From positions 1 through 34,802 of IMG/VR virus record IMGVR_UViG_3300033388_003295: a stretch of DNA of 34,802 nucleotides; one strand, written 5' to 3'. The DNA comes from a virus. Its lineage: Duplodnaviria; Caudoviricetes. Position numbers and translations under genes: made by a program. This document shows positions 33,487 to 34,802 of this stretch, in pieces. The notes under the pieces were generated by a model. The model did no database searches and had not been told where the DNA came from. It worked only from the letters and a program-made list of their open reading frames with translations. Numbering within the stretch: the stretch's first letter is position 1; each line of letters begins with the position of its first letter.

Positions 33487-33912
33487 TTATTTTATTTCAC
33501 AATCATCACATTGGATAACTTTTTTCATTTTAATTATAAACTTTTGAGGAAATGGAACACCTGCACATATTAAGTTTTCCATATTACTATATCCTTCTGT
33601 TAATGCTAACCAAGTAATCATATATAAAAACGAAAAGTCTATAAACGGAATAGGTAATCTTGATAAGAAAAATGCTAATGCTATCGTTGCTGAATATTTT
33701 GCAAATTTAAACATTGTTTTATTTGCTAATTTTCTTGATGTTATATATTGTCCTAACTTTTTTGCTTTTAATAATCCTGTAATTATATCTAATAAATATA
33801 AACAAACAAACAAAAACAATGCTGTATGTTCCATGTCTGTTATATAAAATATTCCTGCTGGTATAATTGCTAATACTCCTATCCAAATTGTTTTTAGTGT
33901 TGTTGTTGTCAT
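33487..33912 (-). CDS. Holin (phage holin 4_1 / TcdE-like family)
   Basis: LDIITG..KA.....ITS and E..S..EN....GVP.P motifs; 3 TM segments. Confidence 0.88.
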   Translation of the reverse strand: MTTTTLKTIWIGVLAIIPAGIFYITDMEHTALFLFVCLYLLDIITGLLKAKKLGQYITSRKLANKTMFKFAKYSATIALAFFLSRLPIPFIDFSFLYMITWLALTEGYSNMENLICAGVPFPQKFIIKMKKVIQCDDCEIK

Positions 33913-34094
33913 GCTCTTTTATCTTCCCAAGTAGATATTGCATTATTAATTTTAGCAATCTTTTCTTGAATTTCCTTGATATTATAAGTCTTTGTGCTAG
34001 GAATTATCTTATCTGGAGTGTCTATCTTTTTTAGACTTCCATCTATTGCCTCATAAGTTGTTGTTATTTTGTTTATTGTTTCTTCTTCTTCCAT
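33909..34094 (-). CDS. Hypothetical protein downstream of the fibre
   Basis: 61 aa; ATGA overlap with the holin. Confidence 0.6.
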   Translation of the reverse strand: MEEEETINKITTTYEAIDGSLKKIDTPDKIIPSTKTYNIKEIQEKIAKINNAISTWEDKRA

Positions 34095-34111
34095 ATTATT
34101 TATTTAATTTA

Positions 34112-34802
34112 TTATGATATTTTAAGTTTTGGATGATATGATTCGTATAAAAATGTAATTTCGTTTTGTGATAATGCTCTGTTGTAGATACGAACGTCTT
34201 CTATTAAGCCTGTGAAACATAAGTAATCTGGCGTTGGTCCATACACCTGCCTACCAATATTAATAGGTTCATCATTATCTGTATCTATACCGCTCGCACC
34301 AGACACACTTTGCAAAAGGACACCATCAACATAAACTAAAACATTATCTCCATTACGCACACCAACTAAATAATGCCAAGTATTATCAATGTAATTAGTT
34401 GATGCTGATGTAGTCTGAATTGTTGTTGTTACATTTGATACAGTAAATCTTGCATATGGGTCTGTGTTTCTTAAATATAATCTCCAATATGGCGTAGAGT
34501 CTTCTTTTCCTTTTTGGATTAAAAATTCAGCTTTTGAACTATTATCTGTTTTTATCCACCCACCAACAGTAAAATCTCCTGTTTCAAAATTCAAACTCTC
34601 ATCATTTCCTAAATCAATATAATCACTATTTCCATTAAAACTAATACCATTAAGATTCCCCTTTCTATCTAATCCATAAACTATCGGGGTATCATTTGTA
34701 GTCCACCCTGATGTATGGGTATCTCCGTATTCTGCTGTTGTATCTGCAAAATTTGTTAAAGTTCCGTTATTGTTTCCTGTTTCATCTGTCAATGTAGTTC
34801 CT
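34112..34802 (-). CDS. LamG/concanavalin A-like domain; C-terminal end of a fibre/adhesin (5'-truncated)
   Basis: Frame open to the window end (GTTLTDETGNNNGTL); F.G..DYI, FTV..WIK, WHYLVGV, YVDG, G.I.DVRIYNRALS..EI..LY. Confidence 0.9.
   Translation of the reverse strand, partial: GTTLTDETGNNNGTLTNFADTTAEYGDTHTSGWTTNDTPIVYGLDRKGNLNGISFNGNSDYIDLGNDESLNFETGDFTVGGWIKTDNSSKAEFLIQKGKEDSTPYWRLYLRNTDPYARFTVSNVTTTIQTTSASTNYIDNTWHYLVGVRNGDNVLVYVDGVLLQSVSGASGIDTDNDEPINIGRQVYGPTPDYLCFTGLIEDVRIYNRALSQNEITFLYESYHPKLKIS

Noticed and set aside
2020-33547. Numerous opposite-strand ORFs in the track (e.g. 2020-2595, 3093-3311, 4249-4578, 7233-7529, 8707-9252, 9938-10348, 15188-15631, 23295-23696, 26015-26536, 33076-33306)
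   Set aside because: They are antisense shadows of well-supported genes, with Ser/Phe/Leu-rich composition and no motifs.
22852-33958. Same-strand alternative-frame ORFs 22852-23076 and 33719-33958, and extended starts at 28479 and 32494
   Set aside because: They are nested in the methyltransferase or holin, or start inside another gene or a terminator; shorter starts fit better.
34790-34802. Exact circular closure joining the LamG ORF to the gene at position 1
   Set aside because: The left gene ends on a complete codon at base 1 while base 34802 is a third codon position; the direct join is out of frame and no terminal repeat is seen.
1-34802. Alternative genetic code (TGA or TAG recoding)
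   Set aside because: Core genes are full length under code 11; TGA (ATGA overlaps) and TAG (13064, 14968) act as normal stops.
1-34802. tRNA or other known RNA genes
   Set aside because: No cloverleaf or T-loop GTTCGA signature seen in the intergenic regions.

Overview
Very AT-rich, nearly complete genome of a P22-like (short-tailed) dsDNA bacteriophage, broken inside its receptor-binding fibre gene(s). Almost all genes lie on the minus strand. In transcription order from the right end they are: LamG fibre end, holin / cysteine-protease / small membrane lysis block, HNH island, Xis-like regulator, C5 DNA methyltransferase, replication initiator, SprT, SSAP + YqaJ exonuclease, SSB, RusA, accessory cassettes, N6/N4 methyltransferase, TerS, TerL, portal, scaffold, coat, adaptor, nozzle, two paralogous fibres and two ejection proteins. 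A plus-strand island of small genes (1553-4220) with its own duplicated sigma70 promoters separates the ejection genes from a collagen-containing fibre gene. Consensus sigma70 promoters combined with SD-less A/T leaders suggest a CPR/Patescibacteria-like host (inference). Most notable: (i) a putative ejection protein ending in a zeta-toxin-like P-loop kinase with apparently permuted motif order; (ii) a papain/transglutaminase-like Cys protease in the endolysin slot, with no canonical lysin; (iii) identical stop-to-start junction repeats framing accessory genes; (iv) 10-bp-phased TTGA arrays over three promoters near an Xis/BldC-like gene; (v) a pseudoknot/terminator-like leader on the cytosine methyltransferase. 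All family calls come from motif recognition by eye; no database searches were run.
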